From an uncultured Acidobacteriota bacterium (lineage in GTDB: Bacteria; Acidobacteriota; Vicinamibacteria; Vicinamibacterales; JAKQTR01): a stretch of 64,000 nucleotides of DNA. The notes beneath the pieces are model-generated. The model made no database searches. It had not been told where the DNA came from and saw only the letters and a program-made list of their open reading frames with translations. Positions 10,252 to 19,237 of the stretch are shown piece after piece. The position numbers and the translations under genes were made by a program. Location of the stretch: contig CAWEJS010000002.1 of NCBI GenBank assembly GCA_963809475.1, positions 471,722 to 535,721 of the forward strand, in the 5' to 3' direction. Position 1 is the first letter of the stretch. Each line of letters opens with the position of its first letter.

Positions 10252-11063
10252 CTCGGGTCACCTCCGGCTCGCCCGGCGGCCGACTCGGCGGCCCGCAGCA
10301 ATTCGGCCAGGGCCGCCCCTGGCTCCGGACTGCTCATCAGGTGCCCGCCAATCAGGAAGGCGTGATATCCGAGCCCCCGCAGTCGCGCCAGGTCCTCGGG
10401 CGAAGAGATACCACTCTCCGCAACGGCCACGGCACCCTCCGGCAGACACCCGGCGAGCGCCGCGCTCCCGGCCAGGTCCACTTCGAGCGTCTGCAGGCTT
10501 CGACTGTTCACGCCGATGAGCGTGGCGCCCCTGTCGATCGCGCGATGCAGATCGGGCTCATCATGCACTTCGACCAGCACGGAGAGATCGAGGCGGCGTG
10601 CTTCCGTGAGCAGGTCGCTGAAGCTCCGATCGTCGAGGGCGGCCGCAATCAGGAGCACCGCGTCGGCTCCGGCAGCACGCGCTTCGAGCAGCTGATACGC
10701 GTCGACGATGAAGTCTTTGCGCAGCACCGGAAGATCGACCACCTCGCGCACCTCGCTCAGGTGATCGAGCGCGCCCTCGAAGAACCTCGGCTCCGTCAGG
10801 ACCGACACCGCAACGGCGCCGGCGCGCTGATAGGCTTGCGCGATGCGGCCGGGCCGATACGGGGATCGAAGTACGCCCGCGGATGGCGATCGCCGTTTGC
10901 ACTCGGCGATCACGTTGATACGCCCGGGCCTCGACAGCGCGGCGACGAACGATCCCGCGCGCGGCGTGCGATCGCGAGCCAGCCTCTCCAGCGCCGGCTG
11001 CGGCACCCTGGCCTTGGCTGCGGCAAGGCCTCTTCGGACAGACGCCATGATCTCGTCCAGCAC
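10242..11063 (-). CDS. trpC: indole-3-glycerol phosphate synthase
   Basis: The TrpC body is present (VIAECKRRSPSAG, LRKDFI, IGVNSRSL). The start is uncertain: GTG 11063 (VLDEIMAS...) or ATG 11048. The ORF-track 5' extension overlaps trpD and is Arg-rich. Confidence 0.9.
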   Translation of the reverse strand: MLDEIMASVRRGLAAAKARVPQPALERLARDRTPRAGSFVAALSRPGRINVIAECKRRSPSAGVLRSPYRPGRIAQAYQRAGAVAVSVLTEPRFFEGALDHLSEVREVVDLPVLRKDFIVDAYQLLEARAAGADAVLLIAAALDDRSFSDLLTEARRLDLSVLVEVHDEPDLHRAIDRGATLIGVNSRSLQTLEVDLAGSAALAGCLPEGAVAVAESGISSPEDLARLRGLGYHAFLIGGHLMSSPEPGAALAELLRAAESAAGRAGGDPRCG

Positions 11064-11143
11064 GTTCGGCGCGCGGCCCTTTCGCTGCGGCGGACCGCTC
11101 GCGCGCTGACCGGACGCTGCGCCGTGTGGCCGTGGCCCGTCCG

Positions 11144-12172
11144 TCACGACACGGCTCCATCGTCTGTCTGCGACAGGGCCGCCAGCCTGGCGAGTGTCTG
11201 CAGGGCATCGCCTCGATCGATCGCTGCGGCGGCCATCGCCGCGCCGTCCCCGATGCTCGTCGCATGGCCGGCGATGAAGAGCGCCGCACCGGCGTTGAGG
11301 AGCACGACGTCGCGGGCGGGCCCACGCGTCCCCTTCAGAACGTCGAGCGCAATCGCCGCGTTCGCGGCGGTCGTGCCGCCGGCGAGCGCGGCCAGGCTCG
11401 ACGTCGGCAGGCCGGCGTCTGACGGGTGGACGTAGAACGTGCTCACCGTTCCACTCCGGCATTCAGACACCTTCGAGTACCCCGTCGTCGATAGCTCGTC
11501 GAGGCCGTCGGCGCCGTAGACGACCCAGGCGCGTTCGGACCCCAGCGACAGCAGCGCCCGCGCGAGGAGCTCGGTCAGCCCGGGGCTCGGGACGCCGACG
11601 AGCTGGCGTGCGGGGCCGGCCGGATTCGTGATGGGGCCGAGCAGGTTGAACGCCGTGCGGATGCCCAGTTCGCGCCGGACCGGCGCCGCGTGCCGCATCG
11701 AGGGATGAAACACGGGCGCGAACAGGAACGCGATGCCCGCTCCGTCGAGGTAGCCTGCCACCGTCGCCGGCGGCGCCGAGATGCGGACGCCGAGCGCCTC
11801 GAACACGTCGGCACTGCCGCAGGAGCTGGAGACGGCACGATTGCCGTGCTTGGCGACGCGGACGCCCGCACTCGCGGTCACGACGGCGGCCACCGACGAG
11901 ATGTTGAACGTGCCCGTGCGGTCGCCGCCTGTGCCACAGAGATCGAACACCGGCTCGGCGCGTCGCGGGAGCGGCAGCGCCTGCTTCCGCATCGTGCGGG
12001 CGAGCCCGACGATTTCGCCCGGCTGCTCGCCCTTCATGGCCAGGCCCACGAGCAGCCCGGAGATCTGCGTCGCGCTGGCGCGCCCCTCCATGATTTCCTG
12101 CATCGCCGCCGCGGCTTCGTCTGCCGTGAGGTCCTGCCTGCGACGCAGTTTCTCGAACACCTGTCTGAACAT
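11144..12172 (-). CDS. trpD: anthranilate phosphoribosyltransferase
   Basis: CGTGGDRTGTFNIS and VAKHGNRA motifs are present. Confidence 0.95.
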   Translation of the reverse strand: MFRQVFEKLRRRQDLTADEAAAAMQEIMEGRASATQISGLLVGLAMKGEQPGEIVGLARTMRKQALPLPRRAEPVFDLCGTGGDRTGTFNISSVAAVVTASAGVRVAKHGNRAVSSSCGSADVFEALGVRISAPPATVAGYLDGAGIAFLFAPVFHPSMRHAAPVRRELGIRTAFNLLGPITNPAGPARQLVGVPSPGLTELLARALLSLGSERAWVVYGADGLDELSTTGYSKVSECRSGTVSTFYVHPSDAGLPTSSLAALAGGTTAANAAIALDVLKGTRGPARDVVLLNAGAALFIAGHATSIGDGAAMAAAAIDRGDALQTLARLAALSQTDDGAVS

Positions 12173-12188
12173 CGGCTGTCCTCGGCCC

Positions 12189-12758
<570 letters not shown>

Positions 12759-12782
12759 CGCGCGCTCCAGGTTCCGACGGGT

Positions 12783-14261
12783 CTACCACTGAGCGGACGC
12801 GGCCAATTCGAGCGCCTCGACGAGCGCCTTGGCTTTTGCGCATGTCTCGTCGAACTCGGCGGCCGGCACCGAGTCGGCCACGATGCCCGCGCCCGCCTGG
12901 ATCCGGGCGATCCCGCGCTCGATCACGATTGTCCGGATGGCGATGCAGAAATCGAGGTTCCCGGCGAAGTCGACGTACCCGACGGCGCCGGCATAGATGC
13001 CCCGGCTTGCCGGCTCCAGTTCAGCGATGATCTGCATCGCCCGCACCTTGGGGGCACCCGAGACCGTGCCGGCCGGGAAACAGGAGGCCAGCGCGTCCAG
13101 GCGGTCGCAGCCCGCAGCGAGCCTCCCTTCGACGATCGACACCAGGTGCATGACGTGCGAATATCGCTCGACGGCCATGAACCTGGGCACGCGCACGGAG
13201 CCAATCTCGCTCACGCGCCCGATGTCGTTGCGGCCGAGGTCGACGAGCATGACGTGTTCAGCGCGCTCCTTCTCGTTCGCTTCGAGCTCGTCGGCCAGCT
13301 TCAGGTCCTCCTCGTCGGTCCGCCCGCGCGGGCGCGTGCCGGCGATCGGGTGCGTTTCGATCCGGGTTCCCTCGGCCCGGACCAGCATCTCGGGCGAGGC
13401 GCCCGCAATCGCCGTCGATCCCATGCGGAGGAAGAACATGTACGGCGACGGGTTGACGTGGCGCAATGCGCGATAGACGCGGAACGGATCCGCGTCGATC
13501 TCCGCCTCGAAGCACTGCGACAGCACGACCTGGCAGATGTCGCCGGCCGCGATGTACTCCAGCGCGCGGCGGACGCCCGCTTCGAACCGTTCACGCGTCA
13601 CGTTGGATCGGATCTCCAGTCGTCGATGGTGAGAAGGCTCCTGATGTGACAGCTCGCGCCTGAGCTCCTGCTCGAGGAACTCGATTCGGGCGCACCCGAA
13701 CCGGTAGAGCGCCTCGAGGTCGGCGCCCGGAGTCACCTGCGCGTTGGCGATGATCAGGATCCGATGCTGCGCGTGATCGAACGCCAGGATCGTGTCGAAG
13801 ATCATGAGCGCTGCCGGGATGTCGGGCGCGTGGCCGTCAGAGCGGGCCATGCTCTCAACGAGCGTCGGCTCGAACCACGCTGCCGCTTCGTACCCGACGT
13901 AACCGACGGCCCCCCCGGTGAAGCGGGGAAGGCCCGGCACTGCCGGCGCGCGATACTCGGCCATCAACCGGCGCAGCACGGCCATGAGCGGTTCGTCGAC
14001 ATCGGTGGTGGATCCCGAGCGGTCGATGGTGGTCCTGGCGCCGCTCGCCCGCACGACGAGCAACGGGTCCTTCCCGAGGAACGAATACCGCGCCACGTGT
14101 TCGCCTCCCTCGACGCTCTCGAGCAGGAAGGCGTAGTCGGTGTGCTCCGCAATCCGGAGGAACGCTGACACTGGCGTCAGCAGATCCGCCATGATCTCCT
14201 TCCAGATCGGCACGAATGTGCCGCGCCGTGCCAGCTCCACGAACTCATCGAACGACGTCAT
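12783..14261 (-). CDS. trpE: anthranilate synthase component I
   Basis: ATG 14261 is preceded by AGGAGA. The protein starts MTSFDEFVELARRG and has a chorismate-binding domain (GTVSGAPK, GIYAGAVGY). The ORF-track upstream extension of 184 codons overlaps aroDE and looks non-coding. Confidence 0.95.
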   Translation of the reverse strand: MTSFDEFVELARRGTFVPIWKEIMADLLTPVSAFLRIAEHTDYAFLLESVEGGEHVARYSFLGKDPLLVVRASGARTTIDRSGSTTDVDEPLMAVLRRLMAEYRAPAVPGLPRFTGGAVGYVGYEAAAWFEPTLVESMARSDGHAPDIPAALMIFDTILAFDHAQHRILIIANAQVTPGADLEALYRFGCARIEFLEQELRRELSHQEPSHHRRLEIRSNVTRERFEAGVRRALEYIAAGDICQVVLSQCFEAEIDADPFRVYRALRHVNPSPYMFFLRMGSTAIAGASPEMLVRAEGTRIETHPIAGTRPRGRTDEEDLKLADELEANEKERAEHVMLVDLGRNDIGRVSEIGSVRVPRFMAVERYSHVMHLVSIVEGRLAAGCDRLDALASCFPAGTVSGAPKVRAMQIIAELEPASRGIYAGAVGYVDFAGNLDFCIAIRTIVIERGIARIQAGAGIVADSVPAAEFDETCAKAKALVEALELAASAQW

Positions 14262-14268
14262 CTTCACG

Positions 14269-15753
14269 TCACTCTCCTGAAACTGAAGAGGTCCGATCGC
14301 GGCTGGCCACGGCGGTTCCGGCCGCGAGACGGCGCCCGGCGGCGGCGCGCATGGCCGCCACGGGCGCCGCGCGCCCGTTCCACCACTCGGCCTGCAGCGC
14401 GGCCTGTGCGACCAGCATGGGAAACCCGCCAATCGTCCTGCACCCGGCTGCCCTCGCCTCGCGGAGCAGCCGCGTTTCGGCTGGGTTGTACACGAGGTCG
14501 TAGACCAGGCCGCCGTCGAGGTGGCTCGCGGGGATCGGGGTCTCGTCGTCGCGGGGGACCGTCCCGACCGGCGTCGCATTGACCAGCAGATCCCACGTGC
14601 CGCATCCGGGGAGCCCGGTGCGGGCGTGGCCACCCACCGCGCGGGCCACCGCCGCCGCGCGCTCGAGTGTCCGGCCATAGACGGTGACGTGCGCGCCGGC
14701 CGAGGCGAGGGCCGCGGCGACCGACCGGGCGGCGCCGCCGCAGCCCAGGATCGCGGCACGCGCGTTCGCCAGATCCTCGCGACCGGCAAGCGGCTCGAGG
14801 AAACCGGCCACATCCGTGTTGCGGCCGATCCACTCGCCTCCCCGGCGGGCGATCGTGTTCACGGCGCCGACTCGCGTGGCCACGTCGTCCAGCCTGTCCA
14901 TCCTGCCTGCGAGGTCGACCTTGAGCGGCGCGGTCACGGCCATGCCTCTCACATCCATCGCTTCGGCAAACGCCAGCACGTCGTCTGCCGAGTCGGAGTG
15001 GAGCGGCACGAAGGCGGCGTCGATGCCAAGTGCGGCGAAACAGGCGTTGTGCAACGCGGGTGAAAGGGAATGGTCGAGCGGCGCGCCGGCGACTCCGTAG
15101 ATCCGCGTTCCGCTCGTGATGGAGCGGAAGCCGTACTCGTCGAGGAGACGGGCCACCGGCAGCTGGCCCGGCGCCGCGTCCCCGGCGTAGGTCCAGCACG
15201 AACCGAACCGCGCGGCGAGCACGCGCGTGGGCAATCCGGCGGCCCCCATGCCCACAACCACCGTCTTCGCCAGCGCGCCCCGTGTCAGATCGAGCAGACG
15301 CAGGCAGTCGCTGAGCCGCCGGACATGGACAGCGAGCTTGATGACTTCCGCCCCTGTGGCTCTCATGGCGGTGCAGATGAGGGCGAGATCGGGCGGCACG
15401 CCGCTGTAATCGTGCACCGACAGCACGAGACCCCTGCCGCCGCGGCACCGGACCAGATCGAGGAATCCGGCCCGCCACTCGACGTCCACGTACGCGGCGC
15501 CCAGCGCGATCGCCTCGGCGAGGATGGCGTGACGTTCCTCTTCGCTTCCGTGGAACTGCCCTCCCTCCCACGCCGGGCGGCAGGTGATGACGAGCGGAGT
15601 GGCGCAGCCGGCGAGCGCGGCCGGAACGTTGACGTCCTGCACACCGTCGAGCCGGAGCTCGATCAGGTCGGCGCCGCGGACGGCGTCGCGGCGACGGCGA
15701 AGTTCTTCCGTCGTGGCGGCCGTGACCGTGGCGCACAGAAGCGGTTCCGTCAT
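14269..15753 (-). CDS. aroDE: bifunctional 3-dehydroquinate dehydratase (type I) / shikimate 5-dehydrogenase (AroD-AroE fusion)
   Basis: The N-terminal 230 aa look like type I DHQase (LIELRLD, ITCR). The C-terminal half is AroE-like (IYGVAGAPLDHSLSPALHN, AILGCGGAARS). ATG 15753 is preceded by GAAGG. Confidence 0.88.
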   Translation of the reverse strand: MTEPLLCATVTAATTEELRRRRDAVRGADLIELRLDGVQDVNVPAALAGCATPLVITCRPAWEGGQFHGSEEERHAILAEAIALGAAYVDVEWRAGFLDLVRCRGGRGLVLSVHDYSGVPPDLALICTAMRATGAEVIKLAVHVRRLSDCLRLLDLTRGALAKTVVVGMGAAGLPTRVLAARFGSCWTYAGDAAPGQLPVARLLDEYGFRSITSGTRIYGVAGAPLDHSLSPALHNACFAALGIDAAFVPLHSDSADDVLAFAEAMDVRGMAVTAPLKVDLAGRMDRLDDVATRVGAVNTIARRGGEWIGRNTDVAGFLEPLAGREDLANARAAILGCGGAARSVAAALASAGAHVTVYGRTLERAAAVARAVGGHARTGLPGCGTWDLLVNATPVGTVPRDDETPIPASHLDGGLVYDLVYNPAETRLLREARAAGCRTIGGFPMLVAQAALQAEWWNGRAAPVAAMRAAAGRRLAAGTAVASRDRTSSVSGE

Positions 15754-15772
15754 TCGGAGCCTTCGGATGAAG

Positions 15773-15808
15773 CAAAAAGCCTCTTCAACCGGTCTGGCTG
15801 AAGAGGCT
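15773..15808 (-). terminator. intrinsic terminator in the 5' leader of the aromatic operon (attenuator terminator)
   Basis: The minus-strand RNA reads AGCCUCUUCA-GCCAGACCGGU-UGAAGAGGCU followed by UUUUGCUU. The stem is a perfect 10 bp, extendable into the loop. It ends 20 nt upstream of the aroDE ATG. Confidence 0.8.
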
Positions 15809-15848
15809 CTGAAGAACTGCCGGTGAAGTTCCAGTCTGGCAGACCCCC

Positions 15849-15989
15849 TCAGTGGTCGATGTCCCTCCACCAATAGGAGCAGGCAACGCCGGAGATCGTC
15901 GACAGACCGCCGCCCGCGCACGGGACGCCGCTCGGAGGCGGCATCCACGGAATCAGCGACGCACGGCGGAGATGTATGTTCACGATCAT
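15849..15989 (-). CDS. candidate leader peptide (46 aa) with Tyr-Trp-Trp near its C-terminus
   Basis: ATG 15989 gives MIVNIHLRRASLIPWMPPPSGVPCAGGGLSTISGVACSYWWRDIDH-stop. Tandem TGG codons lie at 15872-15867, and the stop is at 15851-15849. The ORF sits between a promoter-like element and the terminator. The SD (GGGA) is weak and close to the ATG, so the start is uncertain. Confidence 0.55.
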   Translation of the reverse strand: MIVNIHLRRASLIPWMPPPSGVPCAGGGLSTISGVACSYWWRDIDH

Positions 15990-16005
15990 TCGTCCCAAGC
16001 TCGCG

Positions 16006-16034
16006 ACAGTATCAGAGCTCGCGAGAGGTGTCAA
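16006..16034 (-). promoter_or_regulatory. sigma-70-like promoter of the aromatic operon leader
   Basis: The minus strand reads TTGACA (16034-16029), a 17-nt spacer, then TGa-TACTGT (extended -10, 16011-16006). The predicted TSS is about 10 nt before the leader ATG. Confidence 0.55.
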
Positions 16035-16195
16035 AGACGCTCCCGCCGCGATTGGCGAATCGTGTACCGTGATCTACAATGTCGGCGCGTTCATCATCGA
16101 GCCGGTGCGGGTGAGACTCTCCCGGGAAGGCCGCGCAGCGGCGATGGAGCGACGACCTTGCGCCATGCACCACCGGCGCTGAGAAGGGATACGGG

Positions 16196-16810
16196 ATGGT
16201 GCAGGGAACAGGTGACACGGGTGAGACGAGAGCCTCGGGCCTCCGGCCCGCTTCCGAGGCGGAACGAGAGGAACTGACGGCCCTTGGGATCTTGTCCGGC
16301 GGCGGCGAGCTGCTGGCGCCACCGCCGAAACCCGGCGCCACGTCAACCCGGCCGATGGTCCCGAGGCGCGCCATCACCGCGCATCAGGTCCTCAACGAAG
16401 CCTATGCCTACCCGCGCCCCTCGTCGTTTGCGCGCGGGATTCGCTTCGATCCCGGCGAGACCTCGTTGTTGCTCATCTCGGGAACGGCCAGCGTGGACGA
16501 GGCGGGCCTGACCGCACACGTGGGAAATTTCCGGGCGCAACTCTGGCGCACCTATCGCAACATCACGGCCCTTCTCGCCGCCGAGGGCGCCTCCTGGCAC
16601 GACATCGTCCGCACGACCTGCTATCTGCGCGACATCGAGCGCGACTACAGGGATTTCAACGACATCCGCACGGCGTTCTTCGGGTGGCTCGGGCTCGATC
16701 CGCTTCCGGCCAGCACCGGCATCCAGGCGAGGCTGTGCCGCGAGGATCTGCTGGTCGAGATCGAAGCGATTGCCGTCGTGGCCGCCGGGAAGCCGGCTGC
16801 GCGGGTGTGA
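16196..16810 (+). CDS. RidA/YjgF (endoribonuclease L-PSP) fold protein
   Basis: LLISGTASVDEAGL...VGNFRAQLWRTYRNITALLAAEGASWHDIVRTTCYL...PASTGIQA...LLVEIEAIAV fits the YjgF/RidA-fold pattern. The start is uncertain: 16196 or the internal ATG 16355. Confidence 0.7.
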   Translation: MVQGTGDTGETRASGLRPASEAEREELTALGILSGGGELLAPPPKPGATSTRPMVPRRAITAHQVLNEAYAYPRPSSFARGIRFDPGETSLLLISGTASVDEAGLTAHVGNFRAQLWRTYRNITALLAAEGASWHDIVRTTCYLRDIERDYRDFNDIRTAFFGWLGLDPLPASTGIQARLCREDLLVEIEAIAVVAAGKPAARV

Positions 16811-16850
16811 GCCTGGCACACGACCCGACCCTGGAGTTAGGATCCCTCTC

Positions 16851-19235
16851 ATGTCGACGCTCCCGAGCCGCACCCGGATCATCTTCGCCGTCATCGCCGT
16901 GATCGTGATCGCCATCGGTGGCGCCGCCGCCGTGACGCGGCTCTGGCCCGGGCAGCCACGCAGCCAGATCACGGTGGACTACCCCCTGGAGGGCGCCCTG
17001 TTCCCGCCCGACTTCGCGCCGCCGACTCTCGAGTGGCGTGATGCGAGTCAGGACGCCAAGGTCTGGACGATCGAGGTCGGCGCCCGCGGAGGGAACGCCC
17101 CGTCTGTGCACGTCACCTCGCGCGGCGAGCCGCCGCAGATCGGGGAAATCGATCAGGGCGCGATCGGCCCGACGAACGAGCTTCCCACGCTCACGCCGAC
17201 GCGCGCCGCGGCGCACACCTGGAAACCGGACGCCGCGACGTGGGAGGCGATCAAGCGGATCGCGACCGGCAGCCCTGCCACCGTCACGATTACCGGCTAC
17301 AGCGGCACGTGGCTGCGGCGCGCCGTGTCTCGCGGACAGGCCACGATTCAGGTGTCGACGGACCCGGTCGGCGCGCCCATCCTCTATCGAGACGTTCCGC
17401 TGCGGCCCACGGCAGGCGAGCGTGGCGTGATCCAGCCGCTCAGCAAGCAGTTGATGCCCCTCATCGCCTGGCGCCTGCGTGACCTGGCCGAGCCGGGCAG
17501 TCGTGTGCTGATGACGGGCCTCCACTCCTGTACAAACTGCCACTCGGTCTCCCGTGACGGCAAGACGATGGGGCTGGACCTCGACGGACCGCGGAACAAC
17601 AAAGGCGTCTACGCGTTGTTCCCGATCCAGCCCGAAGCCGCGATCCGCAAGGAGAACGTCATCGAATGGAGCACGTTCCGCGGCAAGCTGGGCGGCAAGC
17701 TGCGCGTGGCCTTCATGTCGCAGGTCTCGCCGGACGGCCGCTACGTGGTGACGACGATCAGCGATCCCGGCCGCGGCCAGACCGACTTCCAGCGCTGGCA
17801 GAGGCCCGACGACCTGCGCCAGAACTACTACGTCGCGAACTTCACGGACTACCGGTTCCTGCAGGTGTTCTACCCGACGCGCGGGGTCCTGGCTTGGTAC
17901 AGCAAGGCCACCGGCATGCTGAAGCCGCTGCCCGGCGCCGACGACCCCGGCGATGTCCACACGAATGCCACCTGGAGCCCGGACGGGAAGTACCTGGTCT
18001 TCGCTCGCGCCAAGGCGCGGGATTCGTATCCGCCGGGGGTCACGACCGCCACCTACGCCAACGATCCGAACGAGACGCAGATCCAGTACGACCTCTACCG
18101 CATCCCGTTCAACGACGGCCAGGGCGGCACGCCCACGCCGATCGCGGGTGCCTCGGCCAATGGCATGAGCAACAGCTTCCCGAAGATCTCGCCCGACGGA
18201 CGCTGGATCGTCTTCGTGCAGGCGCGCAATGGACAGCTGATGCGTCCTGACGGCAAGCTCTACATCGTTCCGGCCGAGGGCGGCGACGCGCGCCAGATGC
18301 GCGCGAACACCCCGCTGATGAACTCCTGGCACAGCTTCTCCCCCAACGGGCGCTGGATGGTGTTCTCCTCCAAGAGCCGCTCGCCGTACACCCAGATGTT
18401 TCTGACGCACATCGACGCCGAAGGCCACGACACTCCGGCGATCGTGGTCGAGAACAGCACGGCGGCCAACCGCGCGGTGAACATCCCGGAGTTCGTGAAC
18501 ATCCCGAGGGGCGGCCTGCTCAAGATCGACACGCCGGTCGCCGAGTACTTCCGCCTCATCGATCTCGCGTCAGATGCGATGGACGCCGGCCGGAGCGACG
18601 AGGCGCTGCCGCTCCTGAGGCAGGCCGTGGAGTTGAACCCGGGCGACGCGCAGGTCCACAACGAGTACGGATGCGCGCTCGCCGCAGGGGGGCACATCGC
18701 GGATGCGATCGCGCAGTTCCGCGTCGCGATCGGCTTGAGCCCGGACTTCCCCGATGCCCACAACAACCTGGCGTCGTCCCTGGCCCAGAGCGGCCAGACG
18801 GGTGACGCCTTCACCGAGTTCAAGAAGGCCATGGCCCTGCGCCCCGACTACCCCGAGGCGCAAGCGGGACTCGGCGGCCTGCTGACCCTCAGTGGCAGAA
18901 TCAGTGAGGCCATCCCGCTCCTGCTCGAGGCGGTCAAGGGCCGCCCGCAGAATTTCACGGCCCGAATGGGTCTGGCCCTGGCCCTGTCCAAGGCAGGCCG
19001 ACCACAAGAGGCCCTTCCGCATGCCAGGGAGGCCGTCGCTCTCTCGAATGGACAGGACCCGGAGCTCCTCGGCCTGCTCGGCCGGCTCTACGCTCAGACG
19101 GGCAGCACCGCGAACGCGATCGAATCGACACAAAGGGCGTTGGACGTGGCCGTGCACACCGGCGATCTGCGGCTGGTCGACGATCTCCGGGCGCGGCTCG
19201 CCTCGTACCGGGCCGCGACCACCAGTAATCGCTAG
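16851..19235 (+). CDS. membrane-anchored PD40 (TolB-like) beta-propeller / TPR protein with a single CXXCH motif
   Basis: ATG 16851 gives an N-terminal TM helix (IIFAVIAVIVIAIGGAAAV). A CTNCH motif lies at 17529-17543. Four SP(D/N)G(R/K)(Y/W)(V/L/I/M)V(F/T) PD40-type repeats follow. The C-terminal 230 aa are TPR-like repeats. Confidence 0.8.
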   Translation: MSTLPSRTRIIFAVIAVIVIAIGGAAAVTRLWPGQPRSQITVDYPLEGALFPPDFAPPTLEWRDASQDAKVWTIEVGARGGNAPSVHVTSRGEPPQIGEIDQGAIGPTNELPTLTPTRAAAHTWKPDAATWEAIKRIATGSPATVTITGYSGTWLRRAVSRGQATIQVSTDPVGAPILYRDVPLRPTAGERGVIQPLSKQLMPLIAWRLRDLAEPGSRVLMTGLHSCTNCHSVSRDGKTMGLDLDGPRNNKGVYALFPIQPEAAIRKENVIEWSTFRGKLGGKLRVAFMSQVSPDGRYVVTTISDPGRGQTDFQRWQRPDDLRQNYYVANFTDYRFLQVFYPTRGVLAWYSKATGMLKPLPGADDPGDVHTNATWSPDGKYLVFARAKARDSYPPGVTTATYANDPNETQIQYDLYRIPFNDGQGGTPTPIAGASANGMSNSFPKISPDGRWIVFVQARNGQLMRPDGKLYIVPAEGGDARQMRANTPLMNSWHSFSPNGRWMVFSSKSRSPYTQMFLTHIDAEGHDTPAIVVENSTAANRAVNIPEFVNIPRGGLLKIDTPVAEYFRLIDLASDAMDAGRSDEALPLLRQAVELNPGDAQVHNEYGCALAAGGHIADAIAQFRVAIGLSPDFPDAHNNLASSLAQSGQTGDAFTEFKKAMALRPDYPEAQAGLGGLLTLSGRISEAIPLLLEAVKGRPQNFTARMGLALALSKAGRPQEALPHAREAVALSNGQDPELLGLLGRLYAQTGSTANAIESTQRALDVAVHTGDLRLVDDLRARLASYRAATTSNR

Positions 19236-19237
19236 CC

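Noticed and set aside
14262-14813. N-terminal extensions offered by the ORF track, for example for trpE (to 14813), trpC (to 11462), zwf (to 59423), aroDE (to 15948), trpB, the ALS-like gene, USP (to 51650) and the first secreted protein (from 110).
   Set aside because: The extensions overlap the upstream gene and are Arg/Pro-rich. In each case an internal start restores the canonical family N-terminus, often with an SD or a 4-nt stop/start overlap.
15754-16005. T-box riboswitch as an alternative explanation of the aromatic-operon leader. The length of about 235 nt and the terminator fit a T-box.
   Set aside because: I could not find the conserved T-box sequence (…GGGUGGNACCGCG…) adjacent to the terminator, nor a convincing stem I/specifier layout. 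The UGGUGG lies about 60 nt upstream of the terminator and sits in-frame in an ORF that ends just before it.
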